NCBI GenBank assembly: GCA_036172245.1
Contig: JAYWIR010000023.1
Coordinates: 496,001 to 560,000, forward strand
Length of the DNA stretch: 64,000 nt
Reading direction: 5' to 3'
DNA from: Raillietiella orientalis
Lineage: Eukaryota
The notes beneath the pieces were generated by a model that saw only the letters and a list, made by a program, of their open reading frames with translations, was not told the origin of the DNA and searched no databases. Made by a program: the position numbers and the translations under genes. Below, one piece after another: positions 1 to 12,899 of the stretch (positions are counted from its first letter, which is position 1; each line of letters starts with the position of its first letter).

Positions 1-615
1 AACCGCGTTCGGGCAGGTTCCGGCATCAACAGCGCAAGGACAGTTCCCTGCTTGTATCACCAGATTTGACCTCTTCCTCGGAGAGTGAATAGTGCAACCA
101 TCGCTTGGGAACGAGGAGGGACTGGATCAGATATTCACGCAGGGTAGTTTTTTTCTGGGGATCTGTGACCTCACGTCGTGGTGTTGGGCAACATTCGGAT
201 AAACAGCATTCCAAACGACAAGAGGCAGAGATCATCGATGAATTCGTTTTCATAACGAAGTTGACTTAATTTATTCACAGTGTCCGTGGTCCAATCCCGG
301 AGGAGATGCGTCCCGTTCCCACAAGGAAGCATGTGGGCAGTCCGACCGAACTTCGACGGAGCGGCCCGATTTCTCCCGCGCGACCTTGCAAGCGAATTCC
401 TCTTCGTCTTGTACCGAATTCGGAGTGATGCTGCTCAAGCCAGCCAGGGTCCAGCTCGGATGGGAGAATTTTGAACTCAAATCCAGACTGAGGTCATTCC
501 CGGAGAGTTTATCATAAAAGTGGATTTCAAGATTGAAAACAGTCAAATTCAGCCACAGCCCGTCGGCACGACTAGTCACGCCCGGCACGACGACGGCGAA
601 TACTGCAGCTGCCAC

Positions 616-713
616 GCCCATAACAGTGGGAGGAGAAGAGTGAAAGACCCGACATTGCAGACGTTGCGGATGCCGGCCAGCACACCTTGAAAATGCTCCC
701 GGGCTACAAGTCG
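616..713 (+). repeat. 98-bp direct repeat, copy 1 (copy 2 at 2879-2976)
   Basis: gcccataacagtgggaggagaagagtgaaagac..gggctaca(a/g)gtcg present twice, with 2 mismatches in 98 nt, read directly. Confidence 0.95.
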
Positions 714-859
714 CCTTCAAAATGGGGGTCGGTACGAAGCGGGGCAGCAGTCTGCGAAGTCGCGCAGTCCGCAGTGTGCGAGGAAAACGCTGGCTTTCCT
801 CGCGGGCAACTGGAAGGACACAGACCCGACGCGGCCAAGAATCCAGCGTTTCCTGTAGA

Positions 860-1490
860 CCCTTGCGCACCTGAAATGCGTTTCTAGGAGTAAGGAGTTA
901 TAGGTCAAGGAACTCACCTAGATGATCCCGCTGTTCATCAGAGTCCCTTGAGAAACGGGAGACTGGATCCAGAAAACTAGGAAAACGAATTTGGAAGAAT
1001 GCGAGCGACTGTCAAACAGCGGAGTCATCCACGTACGAAGAGTCCTGCGCACAAGGGAACATTGAAGGGAAGGATAACCCACAGGGCGCGCGAACTTTGG
1101 CAAGACTGAGGCCCGCAATGGAGGTACGGGGTGAACCCCCAGATGAACAACCTAAAGATGCTGGAAGAAGCTGCACCATCCAAAGCGCTGGGAAGGATGG
1201 GGTACAGGCTAGGGAACGCTGCCCTTGACCCACTGGCGATCGGGACGATCCTGTGGAGATCCTCCTTGCCACCGGACATCCAGGATTGACTCCTGATGTT
1301 CTACCACTGAGGCATCCTGCGCGGCACGAGGCTCCAACACTGAATCGGGAACCCCGACAACAACTATTGTTTCCCACGCGCGTCGACTGGGGACGACCTG
1401 CACATCTACACCTACCGAACCCTAGTCCAGGACTGGAGAGGGGTTTTCACCCGGATGTGCCGGGGCATTTATTTGAAACAAATAAAATCA
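860..1490 (+). mobile_element. Decayed 3' end of a non-LTR retrotransposon (CR1/L2-like ORF2 C-terminus)
   Basis: Frameshifted peptides FLGV.., (L)RPAME/YGVNPQMNNLKMLE.., FYH/LRHPARHEAPTL..LLFPTRVDWG resemble the CR1/L2 ORF2 tail (LVRPxLEY..LE..RGH..FFxxRVxxWN); AATAAA at ~1481. Family call is inference; boundaries approximate. Confidence 0.35.
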
Positions 1491-2300
1491 CATTTTACTT
1501 TCTTGTGGTGAACTCAAGGGCTCACCACTCCACAACAGCAAGCTAGTTGCCGGCGCAATGACCGGCGAGGTCCATCCAACGCGCGGGGGTAGGAAGAAAT
1601 AAAACAAAGAACAAACAAAAGGAGAAATGTAGGGAGGGCACGAAGTTCTGGAAGTGGGGACGGGCGGGGATGGGATCACACTGCGCGTGGATTGGTCCTC
1701 TAGATCCTGTTTAGGATCCTAGCGAGCCGAGTCCCGTTCACGCCCAGGTGGGGCCACCTGGAGAGCTTTCGTGCGAATATTCGCGTCCAGTGGGTGGCAC
1801 CCCTGCCATTCGTGCACCTTCTCGACGCATTCCATGCCGCCACGATTCCGCGTATGCAGTACAGCACTGCTAAGGAAGCGGCGGGGGGCAAGGAGGCACG
1901 CGAGAAGAGTCGCAGGAAAATGTCCCTGGGTGTACCTCCGTCAATGTTCAGGATCGTAGCAAGACGATTCCAGAGAGGACGGAGGGGTGAGGCGGGCCAA
2001 TCGGGATGGACGGTACTTCGAAAGTGAAGATCCAGCGAGGACCGTTCGAGGGAGGAAATGGTGTCCTCCGCTACAACGCCACTGCTGTGGATGATCGTTG
2101 CCTTCTTCGTGAGGAGCATCCTCATCAGGAGGACGAACCTGACAAGGGGCCGCGCGTGCAACGCCCGTGACATCCTACAAGGACACTCCTGAGAAAGGGA
2201 AATAACCATTCGTGATGTGAGGGCGAATGCCATCCCGGACCCTTCTGCAACTCCTGGAAACAGTCAGCAGCGCGGACAGGACGTCGGTGTGGGGTCTTAC
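1466..2300 (-). mobile_element. Decayed 3' end of an L1/Tx1-like LINE (ORF2 C-terminus plus 3' UTR)
   Basis: ORF 1700..2233 (EDT..LH....LRPLWNRLATIL....AAWNASRR) resembles the zf-RVT-adjacent C-terminus of Tx1/L1 ORF2; it is followed by a pyrimidine-rich UTR ending in AATAAA near 1466 on the minus strand. Confidence 0.4.
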
Positions 2301-2878
2301 TCGCGCGAGACGCAGTGACTTGCAAGCGACCCAGAGGTCGCGAAAGTGTTAAGTGTGTGTGTTTTCTTGGGTGCGCCTGTTGTGTGCACGACTCTTAAAT
2401 AAGTTTATCCCGCCGCGGACCAGACTGAGGAAAGGAGGAAGACTAACATTTCGCGCATCCAGGCCGTCGTGACCTTTGCGAACGAATCTTCAATCTGCAA
2501 GGGCATCGAGGACCTGGATGAGGCTTTCGTGGAAGGAGGAACCAACCGGACGGGTGGAGCGTGGGATCAGCGGGACGGCCATCATCATCATCGCATCCCT
2601 GTCCGAAATCAGTTGAGCCCATCCCAAAAGACGACCTTGGACTCCTCCTTCAGGCATTTTGAAAAAGGTCTGAACAAGGAACTTCTTGGGAGCCTCTTCC
2701 CGGGAGGGATTCTTGGTCAGAATGAAGATGTACGGGAACGTTCAGGTCTTAGGCGTCGTGTACAATCGGCTCGCCTTCTCGGGATGTGGAGGGCGACCTC
2801 CTTTCTTCTGCGGAGCGTTTGGGCACAAGGGGGAACATTTCCCCGAGGGTCTGTGCTACACATGCGGCCAGGCAGGTT

Positions 2879-2976
2879 GCCCATAACAGTGGGAGGAGAA
2901 GAGTGAAAGACCTGACATTGCAGACGTTGCGGATGCCGGCCAGCACACCTTGAAAATGCTCCCGGGCTACAGGTCG
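2879..2976 (+). repeat. 98-bp direct repeat, copy 2
   Basis: Matches 616-713 at a constant offset of 2263 nt. Confidence 0.95.
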
Positions 2977-3224
2977 TTGCTTGCAGCGCCCGTGGCACCC
3001 AGTCTCAAGAGAGGGCTCGCTGAGTAGCTCAAGAGCCGTCGCGCGCCTCGCGGCGCACGCAGCTCTTTGACACTGTCCCACGCCACCCTAGGGATGAGTG
3101 TAATTCTTAAAGATAGGGGCAACCCGGGAGTGGTTCTCCCTATGAATCCAGGAAGGACTCGGAGTCCATTGCTCTCGTGCCTGTGGAGGGATCCCTTGAA
3201 TGGAGATCACCTCCCCCCTGGACG

Positions 3225-3345
3225 TCTCCGAAGGGAACCTGGAAAGGATCCGCTATGGGAATTTCTTCCCCGGAGGGAACTTGCAAGGGAACCGCTCCTG
3301 TTTGCTCCTCCTCTGAAGGGAACCTCGAAGGAACGCTTCCGAAAT
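3225..3345 (+). repeat. Degenerate 42-bp tandem repeat, about 3 copies
   Basis: Units start at 3225, 3267 and 3309 and translate as SPKGTWKGSA / SPEGTCKGTA / SSEGNLEGTL. Confidence 0.75.
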
Positions 3346-6300
3346 TCGGAGGGGCTCTGCTTCCCCGAAGGGAGTGACAAGCTTCCCTGCACTCTCTGGA
3401 GAGGTGGCTACACACCTACTCCATCAGTACGAGGCGGAAGAATCCCCCACACTGCTGGGTCCGCTCTTTTGCATAACCGGAGGGGGAATTCCCACCCCCC
3501 CACTCTTTGATTTCTGGAAGGACCCTAAGGTCGACTCTTATTGTCCCGGCCCTCATCGGGGGCATCCGGATTGAACCGCTACCAGTGTCGCACCCGAATG
3601 AATGGAGGCCAACCAGCGTCATCTTGCGGAAGGCACTCGAACCCACGACGCACTCGCACCCACGAGTCGATTCATTTCGGAACATCTGAACCCGCGACGA
3701 TTGGTGGTGCCACGCGCGGAGACCGCAGTAGCCACAGGGCCTCTGACGCGGCCTCAGGAGATGGCAGGGCCCGAGAAGTGCAAGGTGAAAAAGTGCGAGC
3801 CGCGGTTTCAAAGCGGTCGCACGGGAGAAGCCTGCCGACATGCAAGCACGGAGACCCTGAGGCAACTAGGGCACCCGGAAAGCATGCTTCTTGTCCGGAA
3901 GGCTTCGGAGATCGAGAAAAGGGAATCGGAGCTGCACAGAACAGGAGGATTGTATCCGGATAGTGTGACTATGGGTGAAGAAGGATGATTATCAGAAGGG
4001 ACGGAGCATAAACAGCAACTTTGCGAGAGCCAGGCAAGGACAAGGCAAGAACACAGTGAAGGAGGGACAGGCACTCTAGAAATTAGGAGCCCTGGATGTG
4101 GACGGCCAAAACGCGATGGGTGAGCGTGAGAGGCACGAGGAGGAAACTCAGCCGCATGACAGCATCTATCTCTGCACCAGCAAGAGAAGAAAAGACGACC
4201 AGTTAGCTGAACCACAGAGCGTGACACAGAAGTATAGTGTCCTCTATCCCCTCACAACGGTGACTACCGAAAAGTCCATCATCCAATTCTCTTGCTCCTT
4301 GAATGGAGTCGACCGATGATGGACAAATTCAGTGGCAAATAAAGACACCAAGACCTCGTCTACTATTCGGAAGAGATGAAGAAAAATCCAATGCGATATT
4401 GGTATGAACACGGAGCTGCAGTCTCGGGAGCGGTCCTCGGCCTTTGGAGAGAGAAAGCATGTGCTCCGAAATACACGACCGGCCTGATAACTGATCCAAG
4501 ATGGCCTCGTTCCTGTTGGAGTCTGGAAATGGGTGTACGGACCAGGGGCGACGGAGGCGGATCCTGTGAGACTCATCGAGCCTGATCACATTTCTCAGTA
4601 CCCATGAGCTGGCCCTGAACATTGGGCCTTGTAAGCTACCGTGTGTAGAGACATAGACGAACCACGCTTCGATGCCTCTAGGGGGTGAACGGTTCTTGAG
4701 TACTTAGCAAACCGAAAGGAAAGCTGGGAGAAAGAAGCAAGCAGAGATCCCACGCAAGATGTCCTTTAGTCAAAAGTCTCCTCTCGAGGTCGCTACTTGT
4801 GTAAAAACACAAAACAAAAACAGGAGCTCGAAAGCCATGCCGATGCCCATCTCTTGACCAGAGACGGTACCGAGAACAGGAAGGAGGTGAAAGCTCTCGT
4901 TGGAAACGATTTGAAACAATCCCGGAAACATTCGTCGCTTGGGAAGACCGGATCGCTGGAATCGGGATCCCCTGTTCCAGAAACGTTCGCCTCTTCTTCC
5001 TGGTGAACGTGAATGGACCTCCGCGAACACAAACTGCGTTGCGTGGAAGCTCCGGGAAAACCCCTCAAGAGTGAGAGAACTCCTAAAGACGTCATCGAGG
5101 AAACTGAGAACCCGGCACAACTATCCGAAGTTGAGCGAGTCTCAGGGGATAACGGGCTACCGAGAAAGTGTCTGGAGATCCCGAAATGAAATGGCTGGTA
5201 GCGAGCCAAAAGTCAATAGATACTGCACAGTGAGAACTTTGGCAACCGCCTGCGTTGGGTCCGAAATACCTTTCTCCCGGGCCATCTCTTGGTGCAGTTC
5301 GCCGCCAGGATAGGGAGAAACATCAAAGGGCAGCCAGCAGAAGGGCACGCCTCGAAGCGTGATTGCCTATTTCGCTAGCTTGGCCGTGCCACCAAGAATT
5401 CACTGAGGCTATTCTGTGGAACACGATCGTTCTCAGCGTCGACGGCTGAGGCATCAGGAAAATAACAACCCATCTGTTCTGCAGCATACAGCACAGAGAC
5501 AGGGAACTCGGGAGCCAAGCGTGCCGGGAGATGAATGTTCAAGATCTTTCCTCCTCGGAGTACTGGAACTCGTGCCAGAGGAAGTACGCATTCAGGGATG
5601 CGGGATCATGGAAGGAGAATGAGGGTAGTGGAGAAGAGGGACGTAGCCTCTGATATCTTCCACATCCATCTCGTGGACCGCGAAGACCGCGAAGACAGAA
5701 AGAATCACGCACTTGGCCTACCGAGCCGAACTCCTCGTCTTCATGAGAGATGAGGTGGATCTGTATGCGTTCTTGGATATCGCCAGATGGATGGAAGACG
5801 GACTGAGCTCGGCAATCGATGTCTCCCAATCGAAACTTTTAAACATCGGAATCTCGAACATTACCCCTTCCATGACGACGGGATTCAACGTGATTGACTC
5901 AACGAAGTCCCTGGAAATCCACATTGTCAATGAGCCAACGCTAACGTATTAGAAGGAAGGGAGAGAGAAGAAGAGAGCAGCTGCAGTAGGTAGAACTATC
6001 CCTTCAAAAAATTAGTCAACTTGTGGAACAGGGTACAGCTTCCCAGTGTACTCTTCGGAGTAGTCTTCTGTACAATCAGACAGAGAATCGAACAACAACC
6101 GCTGAAGATGTAGCGAAATCTCCTATGGAGAAAGTACGGGCAGAGCGAAGCTCAAACATCTGTGTCTCGCTAGTGAAAAAGGTTATTTCATGCCCATCCG
6201 TTGGGGGGGCAAACGGGCCAGTGGATGAGCATAGATCCAACGCGACCAAGGAAGCAAGCGCTGGTGTACACCAACAGGCTAAGTGCGATCTTCAGAAATT

Positions 6301-8399
6301 TTGGGAGGAAGCAACTCTATTAAACCCTACTCCATGCCAGTACCGTAGGCAACGGGAAGGATCCACCGGAAACCTGATGTGAAGCTTAGGCAGTGAGACA
6401 AGTCTGCAGCGGGTGGGAACCTCCACGAGATGCAACTGATTGCCGAGATGCCACAAGCAGACAGCAGGCCATGCGACCCACCAAACTAGGGAACTCTGGA
6501 GAGATCAAAGATCACTATGGGCTTTGCTGATAGCGAACTACATGGAAGATCGAATCCAGGGAAGTGGAACCAGTGGGCCAGAAGGGCAGGCTCTCCCATA
6601 GATATAGAACAATGCACGCTGACAGCAGAAAGATTCGTAAAACAAATTTAAAAGTTCAATTTGACCATCGCAAATTCATGATGGCCTCACGACCTTTTGA
6701 TGTTTTATCATGCAAATGTTCTGTGTGGCGCGCGACCCTCTTCGGGAAGAAATCTGCAAGGCGTCTGGAGAGAGGGGACACTAACTCCACTTATCCCCCC
6801 GCTACACTCTGATCCAAAATCTGAAAGCTTCCCAGCAACCATTACTTAAGCGAGGGACTCGCAGAAGAAGATAAATGCGAGGATCCTGAGTGGACTGTTT
6901 GAAGGAGGAGAGATGGTCAACTTACAAAACCACTGAATGGTGCGGAGCATTCATCGCCTCTTCATCACCACCCTCGTGTTAGGAGTATCGAACATCCTAA
7001 AGGGGAAACTGTAGCTGCCATAGGAATCCTAATGGACTTGTTAAGGAGGGATGAGGATTCGTAACTGCGGAATAGCTCCAGTCTGGAGCCATAGGTAGGT
7101 CTTCCAAAAAGTGCAAAAGTATGCAAACAGGCGTCCTCACCCAAGAGAATCAAAACCACCCAAGTTAATTGTGAATGGGAAACAAAGGGACGATCCCGTC
7201 GTGGGCGTTTTTCATAAGTTTACTTCTGCATGCAGTTCACTGTAAAGATGTTTTAATTACTGGCTGGGAGAAAATCCTTAGTATAATACCAAGTGGTGAG
7301 TCATGACATGAAGTAAGACGGCATTTGTTTAAGTATCGTAATATGTGATGAAGTATGCTGTATGGTAAAGTGTGGTAGCATGTGGCAGGCGTTCTTGTAA
7401 TGCACGATAGGGCGTTGCAAAATGAACCGTTAATTATCAATTAATCAGTGAACACCGTTAAACCATTATTAATCAGTGGATGAATAAACAACCTTCGTCG
7501 CAGTTGCAAGCTGCTTAATCATGTATCTCCATGCTCATTGCTAGGACGCACGCCTATGGGTAGGCTGATTTTGAGGGTGCGTATGATCTGAAGGAAGGGT
7601 TGGCCTCAGATGGCAAGTGCTCGACATTGCACTGCGTATGGAGGATTCCTTCCTACCTCGGGGGCAACCGTTTCAAAGTTCTTGTGATTACTGAAATAGG
7701 TGAGGGGCAAAAGAAAAAAAAAAGACTCAACAAAAGTCTATGTACTCTAATGTGCAGAATGGACACGATAATGGAAGGACTCAGTAATGACTCTGTATGA
7801 TGCAAACAGATGTAGGGGAAGACTCGACGGGATATGAAAACAGTAGAGGTGTGACCGCAGGCTAAGGAGTTGATTTCTGGAGTGAATAATCCCTTTTGAC
7901 TTCGAACCGAAAGTACTGCACATCAGCTTGAAGCACACATTGATTTGGGGTACGTGGAGGCACACTCGTGATGTGGACTTTCTCGGGTGGTGGTCCATCA
8001 GAATCACATATGCAGCTAGGGTTGGGAGGGATCATGAACAGAAAAGAAGGGGATAGTTTGTGAGTTGCTTAGTATGAAAACCACCTATAGTATGAAAACT
8101 TCGAGGTGTGCAAGGTTGCTACTCGCTTCTTAGCTTGATTTCTCCCACTTCCAAGACCACAACGAATGGAGTGCGATGATTTTAAACCGACATTCAGGAC
8201 GGGGATGGGAAGAAGAGACGGATGCTTCAACCGATAGCACTTTGGAATGAGCGGAAGCCCAGAAAAAGAACAGCTCCCAACAAATGATAATTAATAGAAA
8301 GGCTTAAAAAATGATAGCGATTATTATCAGCTTCAGTCGTGTTCGGAAGTAAGCAGTGGATATATGATGATGTGAAACTGGAATGAAGCAACTTTTCGG

Positions 8400-9700
8400 A
8401 AAGTCATGATTTAAAAACAGCCTCTAGCTCAGCATATCTTTGTTCGCTTGGGTCACGAAGATGGGTGAAGTCTGTGTCATGAAAATCAGCGACTTTCGTA
8501 GATCTAGCGTTGAGCAACGGTGGCGCGTTTCGATGAGCTTTCGGGCTTCCATCTCGAGAAATCCTCGTTTTCTCTCCTTTATTGAATGAAAATTAAATCC
8601 TCAATCTCTCTGGCCTAATCTGTTTTCTCCATGTCACACGCTGCCGAAGGCAGTTTCTGCAGAAGCGATTCGATTTTCTGCTCCACACAGATTTGTTCCC
8701 ATGGCTCCCTGTCTGAAATCTTGAATTACGAATTGGTTGGATCGCTTACAGATTAATTTTAATCGGTTCCACATGACATGGCTTCTTGATGGGATAAGTA
8801 ATCGCATTGATTCCTAGTGTTATGAGAAATATTGCTTGTCTTGCCATGGGGACGACTTATCAGGGAGAGTCGGAATGTATTTTAACCTGGCATAGTAGTG
8901 TAGTGTAGCGTATAAATCGTACGAAAGAAATAAAATCAAAAGTTCCCTGGAGGAATTTCACTGCAGTTTTGTTTGTAGCATTGTAGATTTGATAAACGTA
9001 GAAGGGTCTGAAATCTACTCCCACTCCTGCTTTGCTTACGACTGTTCTTGCATTCCATTTTCTTGGGTCATGCAATTCTGAGCTATCTCCTGACCATCTG
9101 AAGTCCAGAGCTTTGATCGAAGCAACGGGAACCACCCTTTTCGGGAATTCCAGCTTAAAAAGAAGAACGATTTCACAGACTGGATTTATGGGTTGAATAT
9201 TTTAGAGAGATAGCATATCTCTTTGGTGCACAATTGTTGATACCATCATTATGATGTCAGGCAAGCTAACGATTCAATCCCATTCTTCTCTGCTCCATCG
9301 ACTCTGCAAAGACGCTCTTATCTTACATGAATCTGCGACAGATCACAGGTGATCAGCACAAGGAACTGGGGATGCGAAAAATATAGCTTCCTCTCGAAGG
9401 ACCTCTGCTTCGTTACTTCCGCAGTTATCAGAGGATTTCATCTGAGTGCGAATAGAGCCAAGTATGTCATTGCGACTTGAAAAGCCCTGCACTAATGACG
9501 TCATTGAGCTGACACAGTTTCTTGGGTTTTACCTCTCCCCATTACTAAGCCTGTTGGTTTGCTTTCCGTGGTGAAATAGCTCAAGTCATCACTCCCTGGG
9601 CTGCTGTTCGTGAACAACATTGGTGGGGTGCTGAATCTCCTTTTGCCTCTCAAACTTCCCTATTCCCTGAGCGATCGCTGCTTATGAGGTTTCGCGCCTT
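8400..9700 (-). mobile_element. Decayed LINE reverse-transcriptase fragment
   Basis: ORF 8860..9135 contains PRKWNARTVVSKAGVGVDFRPF, resembling the LINE RT motif PxxWxxAxVxPIxKxG...YRPI. Extent uncertain. Confidence 0.3.
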
Positions 9701-12700
9701 CACAGAAGAACTGTAAATAATAAGCTATAAACATTCCTTGCCAAGCCAGTCACGTTCCTCTGATTCAGGAAATGCCCCAAAGCAAGGATGCCATCCCGGA
9801 AGTATTTCGACACGGCATTCTCTTTTCAACAAGAAGGGCATCATCAGCGCTATCTTCGTTTCGTAGAGACCACAGTTCTTAAATCCAGGAATCTGTCTCG
9901 ATAGGAAGCCCAAGTGAAATAATAGCATATCTTTGAAAGTGATCACTGAAGCTGGGGCTGAACTTACACTAGAAATAATCTCCGGTGAGAGTTTGCTTCC
10001 CGAGCACCGCTCAAGTCGACCCAGAGAGTCCACAGCTTGCGTACCGGAAAATCCTGCAAAAGGAAGCTTTGCACCTCCAAGTCTAGCCCTATAAATAGCT
10101 TTTGGTTCAAGGCACACAGAAGGAAGCAAATCATCGGTTTTCTGCGCTGGTGCTGCAGCAAACTTTTTATGCTGTTGTAAAGTACAGTCTAAAAAGTTCA
10201 GAAAACCGATGATGCTTTGGTCGTGTAAGAGCTTGTTCCTTCCTCTTCAGATGCAGAAATGCTTTCGAAAAAGCAGAAAGAAAAAGAGGAATCGATCGTT
10301 GCTCAGATACTACGACGAAGACATGTCTTTGAAATGCCTCCCACATTTGTGAACCCCCTTTAGGCGCGTAGGCGATGTCCCTATAGCTAACGGGTGGCAT
10401 GATTAAAAAAAAAAAAAATTGACGTAAGTACCTTGGGGTGCTCACTCTCGGATTTCTCTCAGTTCGCCGTTACAGAAGCTCAGCTGATTTTTGCTGCCTA
10501 TCTCAGCTTGCTGATTCGTTCACTCCGCCCTCCTTACCCTTTGGCTCTAAGTTTAGTCGAGAAAATAAAATCGTCGCGAAAAGTTCGCTCCCTCGCTGTT
10601 ATTTACCGTCGTCTTCTTCCCTCAACTGGGCATCGAGGAAAACGCGATTTATGGCTCTCTCACGACATTTTGATGTTCTTGTTGTCACTGCCCAAAAGCT
10701 TCTTCCTTTTTTCTTTTTCATTTCAATGGAGATGTTTTTCCATTTTTGACCTTTTCCTTCGTCCCATGAATGGAATTTTGTTTGGCGAATCTTGCCTTGT
10801 CTTCTGCTCACCATTCTTTGGCTTGCTGTACTGCCGACCCACGTCCCTCACTTTCACGCATCCCTTCCTGACGGTGCAACGTGCTTTGTGGGATCTGAGG
10901 ATGATTGCAGAGCGCATCCCCTCGCCGTGAGGATGAACCGACATCGAGCCTCGCGCGTGATGCCAGCCTCGGCCAGGCTGTCCGCAGGGAGCAAGACGCG
11001 CTCCAGCTGACCTTCGAGGAGAGCGAGGAAGGGGTGCAGGGAAAGAGGGATTTCCTACCAGAGGCGGCAGGCCGATCCCGGAGACGAGGCGCAGCCCCCG
11101 CAACGAGTCTTGAGAGGCGTTCCATGAGTACTCGTGGACGCCGGTAACCGGGCAACCCTTGCGCTTCCGGAGGGAGTTTGGCGGCCAGTCTGGGCCCGAT
11201 GAGGTGCTCAGGAGAATCCGGGAGGGACGCCGTGGTCAGACTTGCTGGCAGACCTGACCTTCGATCCCTTCCGCGATGGTTTGGCTCTCCGCCAGGTGGC
11301 ATCGAAGTGGCACGACGAATCCGTGTCCTTGGATTCCGACTCCCTTCGGGGCACTCTTGGCACCGGAGAGGCGCGCCCAAGTCGATCATGAACGTCATCC
11401 GACTGGACGGTGAGGCCGGCTGGTGGTTGACGCCACCGTGCATGCGAGAGCACGCGGTCTGGTGGCATCTGCTCCAAAACACTTACGTGCGTCACAGGAG
11501 TCACGAAGGAGCCACACCAAAGAGCGGAACTGAGGAAGCTGCGTCCGTTGAGGGGTACTCCATTTCCCTTCTTGCTAAGGAAAGGGGAGGGGGAGGCCCT
11601 TCCATCTGATAGGTACAGCTTCTGAACATAATTCCAGTGGCGGCGCGTGTCTGTAGCAGGGAGATGGCATGTGCTTCTATAGTAGGGCCTGACTGTTGTG
11701 TGTGCCACGGGAGAGCTGATTTTTTTTTTCCCCTTGACCAACTTACGGCATCGCGCCTGTTCTGCTGGATGACATCGCATGCCGGAGACATCACAGTCCA
11801 GGATAGTACGTAGTCACATTGCAGATGGGTCAAGGAAGGAGGGGGAGAATCAGAAGGCAAGACTCTCTGCTTCCACTCCTCGGCCTTTCGCCTCCTCCTC
11901 CTTCCTTTCGCTTCGCCCGACCGCTCATCTTTCAGCGCTCTCAGTAACACAGCTTCCTCCGCGTGCTTGCGGTCAGCCTACCGAGACGGTGGGAGAGAAA
12001 TGGCGGTTCCTCCTCATCGTCATCCTCGCAATCCAGGCCTTACCCAAATGAGGCGGCTCTCCTGCCTGGATAAGCTGCGGCAGCGGAGTGCAGGGCGGCC
12101 TGCACCTCCGTGATGAGCGTCGGTCTTCAATCTTCGTGTGCCTCCGCTGGACGGAGGATGGGGAGGAGCTCTTTCGTGCTAATGTGAGCATTCATGGGTC
12201 CCGTCGAGAAGCATCTGTAGTTTGACACGCTCATTTGAGCGTTTTCCTTGCCTTTTGACCTGCTGCTGACGCCATTGATGACGTCTATGTGCCGCAGCTT
12301 GCAAGACACCCACCAACGGTTCCTGATGCAAGATGCCAGAGGCTTCTCATCCACCATGCACCCAATCTAAGCTCCTCCCGGTCGTTTCCAAGGAGACGGA
12401 TGCTTCTTCAGCCGAGCGCGGAATGCTGCTCTTGCATAAAAAGGGCCCAGGTTCTTGTATCCCTTCAAGAGCGCGCTCAGTCAGTCATCTAAAGAACCCT
12501 TCTTCGCTCTCTTCTTCCAATATCCTTGTGAGGAAGGATATGTTCTCAACTTGGGGCTCGTTCTCGACCTCAAGTCCGCGCCGCTTGAGACTGGTGAGAT
12601 TCCGAGAGAGAGCTGCTAGCTGGTGAGCTCCGGGACTCACGGCGCGTGGGCGCTCATCTTTACCGGACGGCGTCAACCACACTTGGGAGAGCTCCAGGAG

Positions 12701-12899
12701 AGAGAAAAAAAACTCAGCAGGGCGTGAAAGGAATACGCATCTGTCAGAAGGGAGCTGTCAGTCTCGGATCATTCCCGAGAGCTAGCTGGTCCGAGAGGAA
12801 CAGTCAGGCGATTTGACTCCGACCTGAAGCTGCTCTCGGTGAACGACTCTAGCCGCCGCAAGCGGTTCCACTTTTCCCAATCCCAGGTCTGCGAGGAGG

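Larger units (their letters stand above)
2340..6900 (+). mobile_element. Decayed, internally deleted Tx1/L1-like LINE (ORF1 zinc knuckles, endonuclease and RT relics)
   Basis: ORF1-like VRMK..QVLG..GRPP(F)FCGAFGHKG..GLCYTCGQAG (2720-2880). RT-like pieces in the expected order: NRLRWVRNTFL..QFAARIGRNI (~5245-5325), YFASL..YSVEHD (~5370-5430), AYRAELLVFMRDEVDL...AIDVSQSKLLNIG (5713-5850; YADD region and 'xINxxKS'). Many stops and frameshifts. Confidence 0.55.
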
